Notes under the pieces: generated by a model
The model's database searches: none
What the model saw: only the letters and a program-made list of their open reading frames with translations
Told to the model about the DNA's origin: nothing
Shown: piece after piece, positions 34,819-45,100 of the stretch
Layout of the letters: each line of letters begins with the position of its first letter
Numbering within the stretch: position 1 is the stretch's first letter
Assembly: GCA_903924715.1 (NCBI GenBank)
Contig: CAIYCP010000321.1
Coordinates: 1 to 54,663 of the forward strand
DNA from: an uncultured beta proteobacterium
GTDB taxonomy: Bacteria > Pseudomonadota > Gammaproteobacteria > Burkholderiales > Burkholderiaceae_B
Length of the DNA: 54,663 bases
Reading direction: 5' to 3'
Translations under genes and position numbers: made by a program

Positions 34819-35461
34819 CCTACGCAAAGCAGCAAATACGGCGTTATATGCGTTGGAGTTTAACTATCCACTCATTGAAGATTATGGTAACAAAGAACAA
34901 CTAGATATCCATCACGAAGCTATTATGGCGCTATATAAATCACTCGCACAGCCTGAGCCAATACAAGTTCGACCCGCAGAGTTTGCAGCCACCGTTTCAG
35001 CGGGTGTCGGCGCAGACTTTGTTGGCACGCCAATGATATGGGCTGAGTGGCCTAACCCTAAACCTTCAATCGTCAGATGGTCAATACCTGTTGACCCGAA
35101 TAATTTTGGTGAGCCACTCGCACAGCCTGAGCAGAATTGGTCATTGCTCAAAGCCACGCAAGACTCGCTGCGTCAGCATATGTCTAGGGTTAAGGAGTTG
35201 GAAGCGCAGCTCGCACAGACTGAGCAAGAGCCTGTTGCGTGGATGATGCCTGATTACGGCGATGTATTGTCAGCAAGCGAGGCTGACGGTACAGGAATTT
35301 ATAACGTACCACTCTACACCGCACCGCCACGCAAAGAATGGGTCGGGCTGACGGATGAAGATGCAGCAAATATTTGTATGCAAGGTGATTTAAATGATTG
35401 GCATGACGAACAAGTTATAGACGCTGTTGAATCACGCCTCAAGGAGAAGAACGGTGGCTAA
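34811..35461 (+). CDS. Modular hypothetical protein (LAQPEQEPVAW/PLYTAPP/WVGLTDE type)
   Basis: Three LAQPE/LAQTE junctions; GAGGTG RBS. Confidence 0.75.
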   Translation: MTDLRKAANTALYALEFNYPLIEDYGNKEQLDIHHEAIMALYKSLAQPEPIQVRPAEFAATVSAGVGADFVGTPMIWAEWPNPKPSIVRWSIPVDPNNFGEPLAQPEQNWSLLKATQDSLRQHMSRVKELEAQLAQTEQEPVAWMMPDYGDVLSASEADGTGIYNVPLYTAPPRKEWVGLTDEDAANICMQGDLNDWHDEQVIDAVESRLKEKNGG

Positions 35462-35822
35462 GCTACCCTACACCTACACCATCGTGCCACCCAATGCCCC
35501 GCCACAGTCAAAGTTCACGGCAGGCTCTACTGAGATAGGTCGGCTGCTCAAGCACAGCAACTACGGCGACCTGACAATCAACCAAAAACGTGATGGTATG
35601 TTTCAAGCATGGAACGAGGGCGTTTGCGGTACGCCGATTGAGTTGTCTGTGCGTGAGTTGAAGTACCAACCGAAGCTCAAGTGGCAGCTACGCACGCGGG
35701 AGGACTGCATGAAGATGCACCTGCACTTTAAAAAACAAGGCAATCAAATGGTTGCTTCGCAGTACCTGTATGAGTATGAACACTATGACGAGTTAACCAA
35801 ACTAAAGGAATTAAACACATGA
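35454..35822 (+). CDS. Hypothetical protein
   Basis: GTG start at 35454 after AAGGAG. Confidence 0.65.
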   Translation: MAKLPYTYTIVPPNAPPQSKFTAGSTEIGRLLKHSNYGDLTINQKRDGMFQAWNEGVCGTPIELSVRELKYQPKLKWQLRTREDCMKMHLHFKKQGNQMVASQYLYEYEHYDELTKLKELNT

Positions 35823-36034
35823 AAGTTGAATCAGCAATCAATCTACAAGGTATGGTTTTTACAATTGGCACAACGCCTAATGAAATCATGTTTAAAAAGG
35901 GTGAGCAGTTTAAAGATGAGATGGCAAATACCCTCCAAGTAACTGTTGATGGCAAAGACATGATGCTTGCACAAGCTCGCCGCATAGAGATGCACGACAA
36001 ACTGGATAACTGGATTGACGGGGTGGAAGAATGA
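35819..36034 (+). CDS. Hypothetical protein
   Basis: AAGGA RBS, ATGA overlap. Confidence 0.6.
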   Translation: MKVESAINLQGMVFTIGTTPNEIMFKKGEQFKDEMANTLQVTVDGKDMMLAQARRIEMHDKLDNWIDGVEE

Positions 36035-36237
36035 CCGACCAAGAGCTGATCATAAAATCAAAGATAGCGTGGCATGACAATAAAGCCAAGTACATCAACC
36101 TACCCATCTATGCAACCGATGGCACGCACTTGATAGACATCTCCTTTAAAAAAGAGGGCGACGACTGGGTGGGGCTGATGTCGCACGAGGGCATGGTTGA
36201 GCTTGTGAAATTTGCCGATGCGTTGCGCAGGCCATGA
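36031..36237 (+). CDS. Hypothetical protein
   Basis: ATGA overlap. Confidence 0.6.
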   Translation: MTDQELIIKSKIAWHDNKAKYINLPIYATDGTHLIDISFKKEGDDWVGLMSHEGMVELVKFADALRRP

Positions 36238-36317
36238 ACATCCCTCACCAACTAGGCGAATGGACGCTCTGGTTTTACGGCACGATTGTTTTAATTTTAT
36301 GGATACTTAAAAAATGA
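36234..36317 (+). CDS. 27-aa hydrophobic peptide
   Basis: MNIPHQLGEWTLWFYGTIVLILWILKK; ATGA overlaps on both sides. Confidence 0.5.
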   Translation: MNIPHQLGEWTLWFYGTIVLILWILKK

Positions 36318-36574
36318 AAGAACTAACAGATTTCCAAAAAAAGTTTTTTGCCCGCGGCACAGGCGCCACGCTGTTCACGCAAGAAGAGTTTGATAACGCC
36401 CTGGCAATTGCCCGCGCCGAGATCATGCAAATCGCAATCAACACAACTAAGACCGCTATTGCGATTGAGCGCGAAGAGTGCGCCAAGGTGTGCGAACAGT
36501 TTGAGCCAGAGTCTTTTTATCTTGGCCAGTTAAACAATGCCGCCCAAGCAATCCGCAACAGGTTAAAGAAATGA
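36314..36574 (+). CDS. Hypothetical protein, EREACA family
   Basis: IEREECAKVC..AIRNR. Confidence 0.7.
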   Translation: MKELTDFQKKFFARGTGATLFTQEEFDNALAIARAEIMQIAINTTKTAIAIEREECAKVCEQFEPESFYLGQLNNAAQAIRNRLKK

Positions 36575-36714
36575 CCGAAGACGACCTGCTAGACCTCTAC
36601 GCGCTCTTTGCCATGCTCAAGATGAACTGGGATAAGGGTGAGGAAGAAAAAGACGCTAACGACTGCTACGTCATCGCCCGCGCCATGCTTCAGGCCAAAG
36701 AACGTGCAAAGTAA
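36571..36714 (+). CDS. 47-aa protein, distant relative of 26048..26251
   Basis: LLDLYALFAM..CYVIARAMLQAK resembles LRDYFAAKAL..AYKFADAMLTAK. Confidence 0.6.
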   Translation: MTEDDLLDLYALFAMLKMNWDKGEEEKDANDCYVIARAMLQAKERAK

Positions 36715-37070
36715 AACTCGCCACGCTTTTCAAAGAAAGCGTCGAGCACCAGCCCAACCATCTCGGGGTCGTGCTTGATGCCCTCAATGACCGTACGATC
36801 AATGGTTGGGTGCTCAATGAGCTTGACGAATATTGAGCGTGCAACCTCGTTTAGGCCGTCTGGTACGACGACCTTTTTGTCGTACAGGTCAGCTCGCAGA
36901 TCCTTGCGGGTGACCTTGCCTTTGGTTGCCCGTTCAATCTTGACCGCAAGTATGGCGCTCGCTAACCTGTGGTCGTTGGCAACCAAAGACAACCAGGTGC
37001 GCGTTACCCCTACTTCCTGTGCCAATTTACCCGTAGTACCATGCTTTTTTAAGTAATCTTTTAATTTCAT
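36690..37070 (-). CDS. Cro/YdaS-like HTH regulator with C-terminal extension
   Basis: MKLKDYLK..LAQEVGVTRTWLS..AVKIERATKGKVTRKDLRADL. Confidence 0.75.
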   Translation of the reverse strand: MKLKDYLKKHGTTGKLAQEVGVTRTWLSLVANDHRLASAILAVKIERATKGKVTRKDLRADLYDKKVVVPDGLNEVARSIFVKLIEHPTIDRTVIEGIKHDPEMVGLVLDAFFEKRGEFYFARSLA

Positions 37071-37092
37071 GTTAACGATTGGAGAATGTAAA

Positions 37093-37284
37093 ATGGATAA
37101 TTCTATTATGCACCATAAAGCCTACTCACCGGCCACGGCCACGAGTGTGCAGCGTACTTGGAAGCGCTGCGCTAACTGGATAGCGCCTTCAAAAGACCCT
37201 GACACGATCGCCAAGTGGGATTACTACAAGTCTTTAGCAATACGCAGTGAAACCGCCCTTCAATTCACAAAGGAACCAAAGTAA
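37093..37284 (+). CDS. Hypothetical protein
   Basis: ATG 37093 after GGAG; YSPATATSVQRTWKR..W.APS. Confidence 0.65.
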   Translation: MDNSIMHHKAYSPATATSVQRTWKRCANWIAPSKDPDTIAKWDYYKSLAIRSETALQFTKEPK

Positions 37285-37508
37285 TGTTGAGCAATATCGA
37301 GATTAAAGGCATCTTCTTAGAATGCGAGAACGAAGACCCGAACGGGATGTATGCCGATGACGTAGACGTGTTTGAGTATGGCCGTGCTATTGAGCGAGCC
37401 GTACGCGAAGACGAGCGCCGGGCTTGTATCACGCTAGTCAAGTCGCTTAACCACGAAGTTGCTAAAGCCCTGCTTGACTATCGACGCTTGTCTGACAAAG
37501 TTGAATAA
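37284..37508 (+). CDS. Hypothetical protein
   Basis: TAATG overlap; FEYGRAIE..DERRACI. Confidence 0.7.
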   Translation: MLSNIEIKGIFLECENEDPNGMYADDVDVFEYGRAIERAVREDERRACITLVKSLNHEVAKALLDYRRLSDKVE

Positions 37509-37532
37509 AAAAAGCCCCCTGGTTAGGGGGGC
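37507..37532 (-). terminator. Terminator at the end of the late operon
   Basis: Minus strand G-CCCCCCT-AACC-AGGGGGC-TTTTTTT between convergent genes. Confidence 0.75.
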
Positions 37533-37563
37533 AAAACAACCCTGAACGGTTGCGGAGGAAAAT

Positions 37564-38421
37564 CTATTCTTTAGGCTTTGTGAGATACCTGTACCCTGCC
37601 CGCGCTAGGGCAGGCACCTGCATCAACGCCCCTGCACCAATTCGCATTGGGTTGCGTGACATCATCATAAGTCCACCTGCGCCGCCCAAGCCCGATATGG
37701 CAGCGTTGCCGTAGTCACCTTGGTTGTACTCGTCAATGGCGCTCGCGATGTCGTACCCTGAGGCCGCACCACCTAAAATTGGCATGACTTTGCTTTTTGA
37801 CAAAATGTCACTAGCGCCACCTACAATACTTTTGATGGCTTGGCTCGCAGAGGGCTTAGCGGCAAGCTCAGCGGCTTTGCGCTCGGCCAGTGCCTGGCGT
37901 GCTGCCTGTTCTTCAAAAACGCTACGAGGTAACAACAAATTCTCGCCAGGTCTAAACCCTCTGGTTTGCTCAGCGAGTGCTTGGGCTTTAAGGTTCTGTT
38001 GCCAAGCCTGCTTATAGTCACCCGCCTTTGTTGCCTCAAGCGCGGTGAGCTCAGGCGTCACAGTGTTTGCCCAGTTCACAACACCCGCACCGCGCCCGGT
38101 GGCCTTAGGCGTAACGCCCGCAGACGTTGGTGCGGCACCAGGGGCACCAGGGGCGCTAGGAACGCCCTCAGCGGCCACTGCGCGTGCAATATCGGCCACA
38201 GAGGCCGTAGGCGCAGGGGTCGGTCGAATAGCGCGGTACGCAGCGACTGGCGCACCTACGGCAGCCCCAACGGCCGCAGGTACCAGGTTGGCGTCAATGT
38301 CAGACGGGGGCGTAGGCTCGTTAAACGACTGTTGCATCAAGTCAACGTGCTTTGCGTAGTGGCCGCCCATGCCCTCTAAACGACGAGCGGCAGCTTCATA
38401 AGAGGATTCTTGCTCAGCCAT
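37564..38421 (-). CDS. Putative internal virion/ejection protein
   Basis: Ala/Gly-rich with amphipathic C-term; last of the ejection-like cluster. Confidence 0.6.
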   Translation of the reverse strand: MAEQESSYEAAARRLEGMGGHYAKHVDLMQQSFNEPTPPSDIDANLVPAAVGAAVGAPVAAYRAIRPTPAPTASVADIARAVAAEGVPSAPGAPGAAPTSAGVTPKATGRGAGVVNWANTVTPELTALEATKAGDYKQAWQQNLKAQALAEQTRGFRPGENLLLPRSVFEEQAARQALAERKAAELAAKPSASQAIKSIVGGASDILSKSKVMPILGGAASGYDIASAIDEYNQGDYGNAAISGLGGAGGLMMMSRNPMRIGAGALMQVPALARAGYRYLTKPKE

Positions 38422-40352
38422 TATTTAGGTGCTCCGTATGTAACGATTGCCAGATCTCGATAAAGTTGCCCATACTTCTTTGCAATATCTTTGTATTCTT
38501 GTGAAGTAAAGAACTGATATGGCTTCTTGTTTGTGCCCTCGGTGGAGGTCACAAAGTCACCAAACGCACCCGCAATATCAAGTTTTTGATCGGCTAGGGT
38601 ACGCTCTTGAGACAGCCAACCGTTGATGATCTTGGCTGTATCGCGAATCGACGCCATTGTCTCTTTCTGCGTGAGAATATCAAAGTTACTGATGTTGGGG
38701 CCAAACGCTGACTTGCCGTCTTTAGCTTTTTGGGTAAAGATGTTTGACAAAATCATGTCCATCTGACGCAACTTCTCTTGCTTATCAGTTGGCAATTGTT
38801 TGACAAATGCGGGGTATGCGTCAACGCCAATACCGAAGTTATTGATCTTGACCCCGCTCTTTGCAAGTTCATACATGGCCGCACCCGCGCCTTGCTTCAT
38901 CATCAGGCCGAGCGCCTTTTTCATGTCGGGGTCGCTGTTGACCAAGTTGTCTAACGAGTCATACATCCCTTGAGTGCGCAAGATATCATCAGGGTTGATT
39001 GTGCCAACCTCTTTGATTCGTGGAGCAAAGCTCTCTGCGCGTTCTTTGCTAGCGTTTGAAATCTGCTCGCGCTCAAATTTAACGGTCTCGGCTTTGCGTT
39101 TGTTGTACTCGGTAATTGTGTTTTCTTTCAGTTTTGACCAGTCCGCAAGAGAACTCGCCCCACGCTCGGCTAACACCTCGCCATCAGGGGCAATGATTCG
39201 GTCGGCCTCGATCTTAGGCGAACCCAAAGCCTCCGTTGCCGTTCTGATTGTTCCGGCAGGAGCAGTCGCAGCCGGCGCTGCAGTGGGCTTGAACTCAGTG
39301 CCAACAAGAGGCAAGAACGGCTTTGCACGTTCAGGGCCAGACTCGTGCGTAATGATCGCACGGGTCACGGCAGCGTTTGCCTCTGGCGTATTTGGGATCC
39401 TGCCATCTTTATCAAGTTCAATGCCTGCCGCGTCTAACTCTTTGCGGATACCCGAAACATATGCCCCGTTCTGAACCGTTGCGCCGGTGTCCGGTTTACC
39501 GTTCACCCAGGTGCCTACAAGCGACGCTGGCGTGTTGCGGCTCGGATTGCTTAGGTAACTGTCAACCAATTGTTGCGTGGCCTGTACGCCTTCCTCGGGG
39601 GTCTTGAAAATTGCAAACTTGCCACCTGGCTTAATACCAGACGGGTTATTGGCGTCAGCAGCAACGGCAACCTCACCGGTTGTGTATGGCACGTTAATTG
39701 GTGAACCGCTTGCAGCAGGCGCACCACTTGGTGCAGCGCTACCCGGCTGAATGCCACCCATGCCGCGGATCATAGGCAAGATTTCATTGCCGTATTTGGC
39801 CACTAAGTCGGCCTGTGTCATGCCGGCTTTGAACTCTTCAAGCAGCGTGTTCGCCATGTCCTTGTACTGGCCAAACATAGTCTTAGCCATCTCGGTAATC
39901 TTTGGCGAGCCATAAAACATTGGCATCGCAGCGTTCAAGCGTTGCATCATTGCAGGGTTGTTTTGTGCCTGAGAGATGCCTGACTGCAAGTCTTTAGGCG
40001 TGGTGCCTAGCACCTTGGCAAAGGCGTTAAGCGCCTGCGCTTCTTTACCCATCTCGTACTTCTGGCCGACTAGCTGAGCGCGCATCTGAGCGACTGGAAG
40101 AGCGTTTTGTTCTTCAACTTGACGCTGCTGACCTACAACATCCATCGCGCGACCGAACGCCTCAGAGGCGCTGCCTGTGCGACCGGGGTTTGCTAACGCG
40201 CCAGCAATTTGAAACCAGTTTGTACCGCCACGGTTTTCAAGTGCAGAAAGAACCTTGTCAATCGACTCAGAGTATTGCTTTTGAACCTCAGGGTCAGCCG
40301 TGCTTATACCTGTTGGCACGGCGGGGAGTGCTGATGCTGTAGGGAGAGCCAT
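38421..40352 (-). CDS. Putative ejection protein with central lysozyme-like domain
   Basis: NNPSGI..FAIFKTPEEGVQA..Y..T..W..YV..AIITHESG. Confidence 0.6.
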   Translation of the reverse strand: MALPTASALPAVPTGISTADPEVQKQYSESIDKVLSALENRGGTNWFQIAGALANPGRTGSASEAFGRAMDVVGQQRQVEEQNALPVAQMRAQLVGQKYEMGKEAQALNAFAKVLGTTPKDLQSGISQAQNNPAMMQRLNAAMPMFYGSPKITEMAKTMFGQYKDMANTLLEEFKAGMTQADLVAKYGNEILPMIRGMGGIQPGSAAPSGAPAASGSPINVPYTTGEVAVAADANNPSGIKPGGKFAIFKTPEEGVQATQQLVDSYLSNPSRNTPASLVGTWVNGKPDTGATVQNGAYVSGIRKELDAAGIELDKDGRIPNTPEANAAVTRAIITHESGPERAKPFLPLVGTEFKPTAAPAATAPAGTIRTATEALGSPKIEADRIIAPDGEVLAERGASSLADWSKLKENTITEYNKRKAETVKFEREQISNASKERAESFAPRIKEVGTINPDDILRTQGMYDSLDNLVNSDPDMKKALGLMMKQGAGAAMYELAKSGVKINNFGIGVDAYPAFVKQLPTDKQEKLRQMDMILSNIFTQKAKDGKSAFGPNISNFDILTQKETMASIRDTAKIINGWLSQERTLADQKLDIAGAFGDFVTSTEGTNKKPYQFFTSQEYKDIAKKYGQLYRDLAIVTYGAPK

Positions 40353-40362
40353 GATTTATTCC

Positions 40363-41550
40363 TTAAATTGGGTTACCAAATGCGTCATAACCAGACCCCG
40401 GAGCAGTCGTGTCATAGTTAGAATTTGCAGCACTGTTTGTCATGGATTGGCTAGTCCCTTCTGGAGTCAGTGTTGTATTTGAAGTAGGAAACAAACCCTT
40501 AATCCCACTAACCAAGTTGGCAAATGGAGAAGGTGACCCACTTGCGCCGCTAGAGAACAACCCAGTAATACCAGCACCCAACGAGCCAATCTGCTGCAGT
40601 GGTGAGGCTTGGTACGCGCCAGGGATTGGCCCTGTGTAGGTTGAGGACACAGACGTTGGAATTGTGAACCCTTTCATGAGCGCTGCCTGTTGGGCGGCGA
40701 CCTGTAACGGGAACAATTGCTCGTTCTGAGCCATCTGCTGCTGTTGACCGCCCATTGTAGAGAGCGCGTTCACGTCGCCCATGCCCAAGTTCTGCGTCGT
40801 GGTGCCTAAGGCACCCATCTGAGAGCCGCCGGCCATTTGGCGTTGCAAGTCGGCCTGAGCTGCAGTAATTGCATTCTGATAACCGCTTGCGAGCAGGCCT
40901 TGCTGCTGCCCGCCTAAGTTCTGCAGCGCGCTTGTGATGTTCTGGCCGAGCACGTTAGCGCCACGGGTTGAGCCAAACTGACCGCTACCCACAGCGCCTG
41001 CAGTTGCCTGAGGCGAGATCGTGTTGCGAATGTTCTGCAAACCTAAGCGCCCGGCTTCGTCCACGACGTTGCTCAGGTACGGGTTCATGTACTGACCCGC
41101 TAAGCTCGGGGCAGCAGTCGTTGCGGCGTTCATCGTGAGCGCGTTAGCGGCATCTAAGTTTGGCTGATAATTGCCAACGTTTGCGGCCGTCTGAGCAAAG
41201 GCCTGCTGCTGCAACGGTTGCGCACCGACGTACTGAGCGTTTGCACCGGCCGCCGTGCTCGTGCCCGCCAAATTGTTTAAGTAATCCATGTACCACGCGG
41301 GAGCTGCAGTCGCCTGTTGCTGCGTGGTGGTGATGTTTGGCAGCGCCGCACCTTGAGTGAACGTGCCACTCGAGGGTGAAGAGGGCGTGCCCAACTGTGG
41401 CGGGGTCACATAGTTAGATGGCGCAGCGGTCAGGTTTGGACCCGTCGCGGCGTTGAAAGTCGCCCCAGGCGTAGTTGTAGGTGTGCCGGCCGCGGCAGTC
41501 AGTGGAGAGACTGGCGCAGTCGTTGGATCAAGCGTTGTTGGGTCAGCCAT
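40363..41550 (-). CDS. Putative DNA transfer (pilot/ejection) protein
   Basis: Q/A/G-rich; YMNPYLSNVVD..AVGSGQFGSTRG; SPLQQIGSLGAG. Confidence 0.6.
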   Translation of the reverse strand: MADPTTLDPTTAPVSPLTAAAGTPTTTPGATFNAATGPNLTAAPSNYVTPPQLGTPSSPSSGTFTQGAALPNITTTQQQATAAPAWYMDYLNNLAGTSTAAGANAQYVGAQPLQQQAFAQTAANVGNYQPNLDAANALTMNAATTAAPSLAGQYMNPYLSNVVDEAGRLGLQNIRNTISPQATAGAVGSGQFGSTRGANVLGQNITSALQNLGGQQQGLLASGYQNAITAAQADLQRQMAGGSQMGALGTTTQNLGMGDVNALSTMGGQQQQMAQNEQLFPLQVAAQQAALMKGFTIPTSVSSTYTGPIPGAYQASPLQQIGSLGAGITGLFSSGASGSPSPFANLVSGIKGLFPTSNTTLTPEGTSQSMTNSAANSNYDTTAPGSGYDAFGNPI

Positions 41551-42169
41551 GATTATTTCCTTTACTTAAATTTTCTTTTGCAGGTAATATCTGCAAATTC
41601 CAAGGCACATGTAAGCCAGATACTGTCTTGCCTTGTAGTGGGACAATATGATCAACGTGATAAACCTCACCAACCAATTTAGAGACTTCAGCCGCTTCCC
41701 AATAAAACCGATCAATTTGCTTATGGTGCGTTAGCGTCAACCATAATGGCGTGCGTTGTAATTTTGCTGCGCGGCGTTTGGCAGTCCATGCAGAACGTGC
41801 TTCGGGATGCAATTGTTTCCATTGCTTAGAATGAAAGTTATTTGTTTTTAAATTATATTCTTTGCGGTAAATTGCTAACTTTTCTTGATTATTGGTGTAA
41901 TACTTTTGGCTTGTTTGTTGACGGCTAATCCGGGCTTTGTCTGTCAAAAGCCAGTTTGTTTTGAGGTGTCTGTATTTCAAACCATGTTCATATTTTTCAA
42001 CAACAGTCATGGAATCACGTTTATGTTGCGCTTTAAGACGGTTACATTCAACGCAAGATCGGTCTGAAACTAGACGTTCACAAACATGACCTTTGTTGCA
42101 AGGTCTGCCTGTCAAATAGCGAACAAAGCCATTGGCTTTCGCTTCAGCTAATTTGTCACATTTTCTCAT
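41543..42169 (-). CDS. Free-standing HNH homing endonuclease
   Basis: YLTGRPCNKGH..CVEC; RRAAKLQRTPLW..YHVDHIVPLQGKTVSGLHVPWNLQILPAKENLSKGN; AT-rich, overlaps both neighbours. Confidence 0.9.
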   Translation of the reverse strand: MRKCDKLAEAKANGFVRYLTGRPCNKGHVCERLVSDRSCVECNRLKAQHKRDSMTVVEKYEHGLKYRHLKTNWLLTDKARISRQQTSQKYYTNNQEKLAIYRKEYNLKTNNFHSKQWKQLHPEARSAWTAKRRAAKLQRTPLWLTLTHHKQIDRFYWEAAEVSKLVGEVYHVDHIVPLQGKTVSGLHVPWNLQILPAKENLSKGNNHG

Positions 42170-45100
42170 TTCATACCAACTTTTTTCATGGCCTCTTGCA
42201 TATACATCAACGGTGATGCCTTAGGGGGGATTTTATCAGCGGGGGCTGATCTTGTATGTTCTCGCAATGACTCTCTAAAAGCATCCAATAACTTAGCCCC
42301 TGCGTCAGATGATCCGTTGCCAAGAGTGGATACTGCGCTGCTATCCATGACATATTCCCCGTCGGCTAACATGGCTTTGATGCTATCACTTTGACCATCA
42401 CCCCCACCCCTAACGTAGTGTCCGGTCGCGCCCGTCACAAACTCGGGGATGTGCTCACCCTCGCCACCTTCATGCGCCTGGCCGCCTTTGGCCATCATGC
42501 CACCCGGCAGACTCGGTATACCTGTGCCCGCCATCGCTAAGGGGTTGGTTCCCGAGCCTTGGTAAAGCCAGTCTGAGCCTGCCTTTTGACCCGTTGGGAT
42601 GACGGGTATGCCGGGTGTGGGCTTGCCCATCAATTGGCTACCCGCAAACGTCGTAGGACTGCCACCAGAGGTGTCTGCGCCGTAGGTGAAGTAATTGGGT
42701 GCTTGGCGCTTTTGAAGCACGCTATAGAGGCTAGGATCAATCCCCGCGACGCTTTGCTGCATCTGCGCAAGTTGCAGGGGGCTGCCGCCTTGTGCCGCGT
42801 GTATAGGGGCTGGCATGCCTAGCTGCTGATATTGGTTGTAATTCTCAAAGGGGTTGTATTCTTTCACGTTCGCACCTTGCAGGAATGTAGCTTGTAAGTT
42901 ACCGGGCAGCGCCCCGATTGTTGTACCTTGGGTGCCTGTGCCATACATATACGATGGCGTCATTGTAGTAGCGGGCGCTGCGACCTTAGGCGTAGCCGTA
43001 GGGGGCGTGATCGCTGCCTGCACCAAGGGTGGCGATGTTGGGATAGGCGGGTTGACATCAATCGCAGGCGGGTTGACGGGGTTAACCGTTGGGTTGACAA
43101 CGGGGTTAACTGGATTGACACCAGGCGGCGGTGGGTTGACACCAGGTGGCGTAGGGATGGGCGGCAGCGGTGGCTTAACCGGCAAGGCAGGCTTGACAGG
43201 GGTAAGTGGCGCTACGGGCTCAGGGTATGGCTTAGGTTGAGGCTGCGGCCGTGGCTGTGGCCGTGGCTGTGGTTGAGGCTGAGGCTGAGGCTGAGGCTGT
43301 GGCTGAGGCTGTGGTTCTGGCGAAACTTTCTCACCTAACTCAGTCTTCGTACCGTTGTTATTTAGCAACCCGAGTTTAATTGCTTCAGCGGGCGTGATGC
43401 CGAGCTTGGATGCGTTGCTGAGCATTGCCAACTTGGCGGGCAGTTGCTCGTCAAGGTTTTGAAGTTGGCTAGTTGCCTCATCAACCTGCTTTAAGATGAC
43501 TTCAGGTGAGGCGGCAGGGTTGTTAACCGCATCAGAGATTGCTTTAGTCGTCTTCTCTGACCCTGCGCCACTGAAAAATATATCATCAAAAAATGCAGAG
43601 GAAATTGACGATGGTGGCTTATCTGCAACTTGAGTATAAGTGTTGTCAATATACGACTTTGCTTGATTTTGGAGCTCAGGGGTCAAGCCTTTAGATATTG
43701 CTTGGTCTAAGGTTCTTCCTTCTGCAACAATACTAAGGGCAGTGTCTGAGTTGATATTAGGACCCAAGTCAATCGGCCTAATAGCAGGCTCTGCAAAGGT
43801 TGTAGGCAGCGCACCGCGAGACTCAGGCGCGAGCTGCGTGGCAGGCATTGCCGTTGGTTGTGGCCTTACGTCATAGGTTGGGATCCGATCGGCTGCATCA
43901 AACGCGTCGTTAAAGATGCTCGCAACGTCTCTAGGGGCGGCAGCCACCTCTGTCGGGCTGTAACCCAAAGCAGGCGCAGGCGCTGAGAGCCTCTCAGGGC
44001 TCACGTAAGATGGCGCTTCGTCAATTATCTCGCCAAGGTTAATGTTCCTTGTGGGGCTATCGCCACGCATCAGACTAGTGTCTGGTGCGCGAGTCAGATC
44101 AGCAACGCTTGCGCCAAGGTTGTAAGCCCCTGTTGGGCTTTCGTTTACGATCCCTGTGGCTGCATCAGCGTAGCCGCGGCCAACGTCCTTGACGGCCGCA
44201 CCGGCCTCTCTAGCCGTAGACAGCGCAGTGCCAGGGCGCATCAAGATTGCATCGGTCATTAGCCGAATATCGCCCGCGGGCAAGCCTGTCTTCTCAGACA
44301 GGTAATCAGCACCCTTGTCTAGGTTCTCGTTGATAAAACGCAAGACTTGGCCACTTGCCTCGCCCGCGTAGCCTGGGGTGTTGGTCACGCCAAACGCCTT
44401 ACCAAACGGGTTGCTGATTGCCTCAGCGACCCTGTTGGATATCTCGCGCATTAGCTCTGGGTTGGCTTGGTAGTCTTTGCCAATAAGCGACGCGGTCAAC
44501 TCGGCGATTTGATCGCCCGTTCGTAAGCCAAGATAGGACGCCATCTGAGCGACAGTCGGCAAAATAGCGCCCACCGTGTTATCCAAGGCAGAGGCCACGC
44601 CCTGGCCAAAGGTTGCCAAACCGCTCTGAGAAGGTGAGGTCTCGACAATGTTGGGTGCCATGCTTCTTGGCCCATACACCTCGTTGCCCTGAGCGTCTTT
44701 GTAGTACACGTACTCATCACCAGACGACAACGCAGGTGGGTTGGCGTCGCTCGTTGCGGCATTTGCAACCGTGCCTAACGGTGCACCCACGTTAGGCGTG
44801 TAGTTAGAAAAGAACTGATTTAATTCGTCTGGGTTGCTTGTGTTCTGGTTAATTGCAGCCTGCACCAAAGGCGGTGCCGCAGGCATATTGCGGTTCATCG
44901 CGTCTTGCGCGTCCTGCTGAAAAATACTGTTTAGTACGTCAGGCTGCGTCTGGGTGTCTAATTCTGTACCAACGTTTGCTCTGTTCGATCCTTCAACCGG
45001 TAGCGCCTGGGCGTTTGTTGCGCCTATCTCGTACTTGATTGAATCAACGGTCGATGAGAGCGTGTCTGAGACACTGGCCTTCAAGTCCTGCACGACTTGG

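Noticed and set aside
37750-37759. GTCGTACCCT match to the loop region of RNA unit B as an antisense target
   Set aside because: Only about 10-11 nt, expected by chance in a genome this size, and it lies on the non-coding strand of that gene
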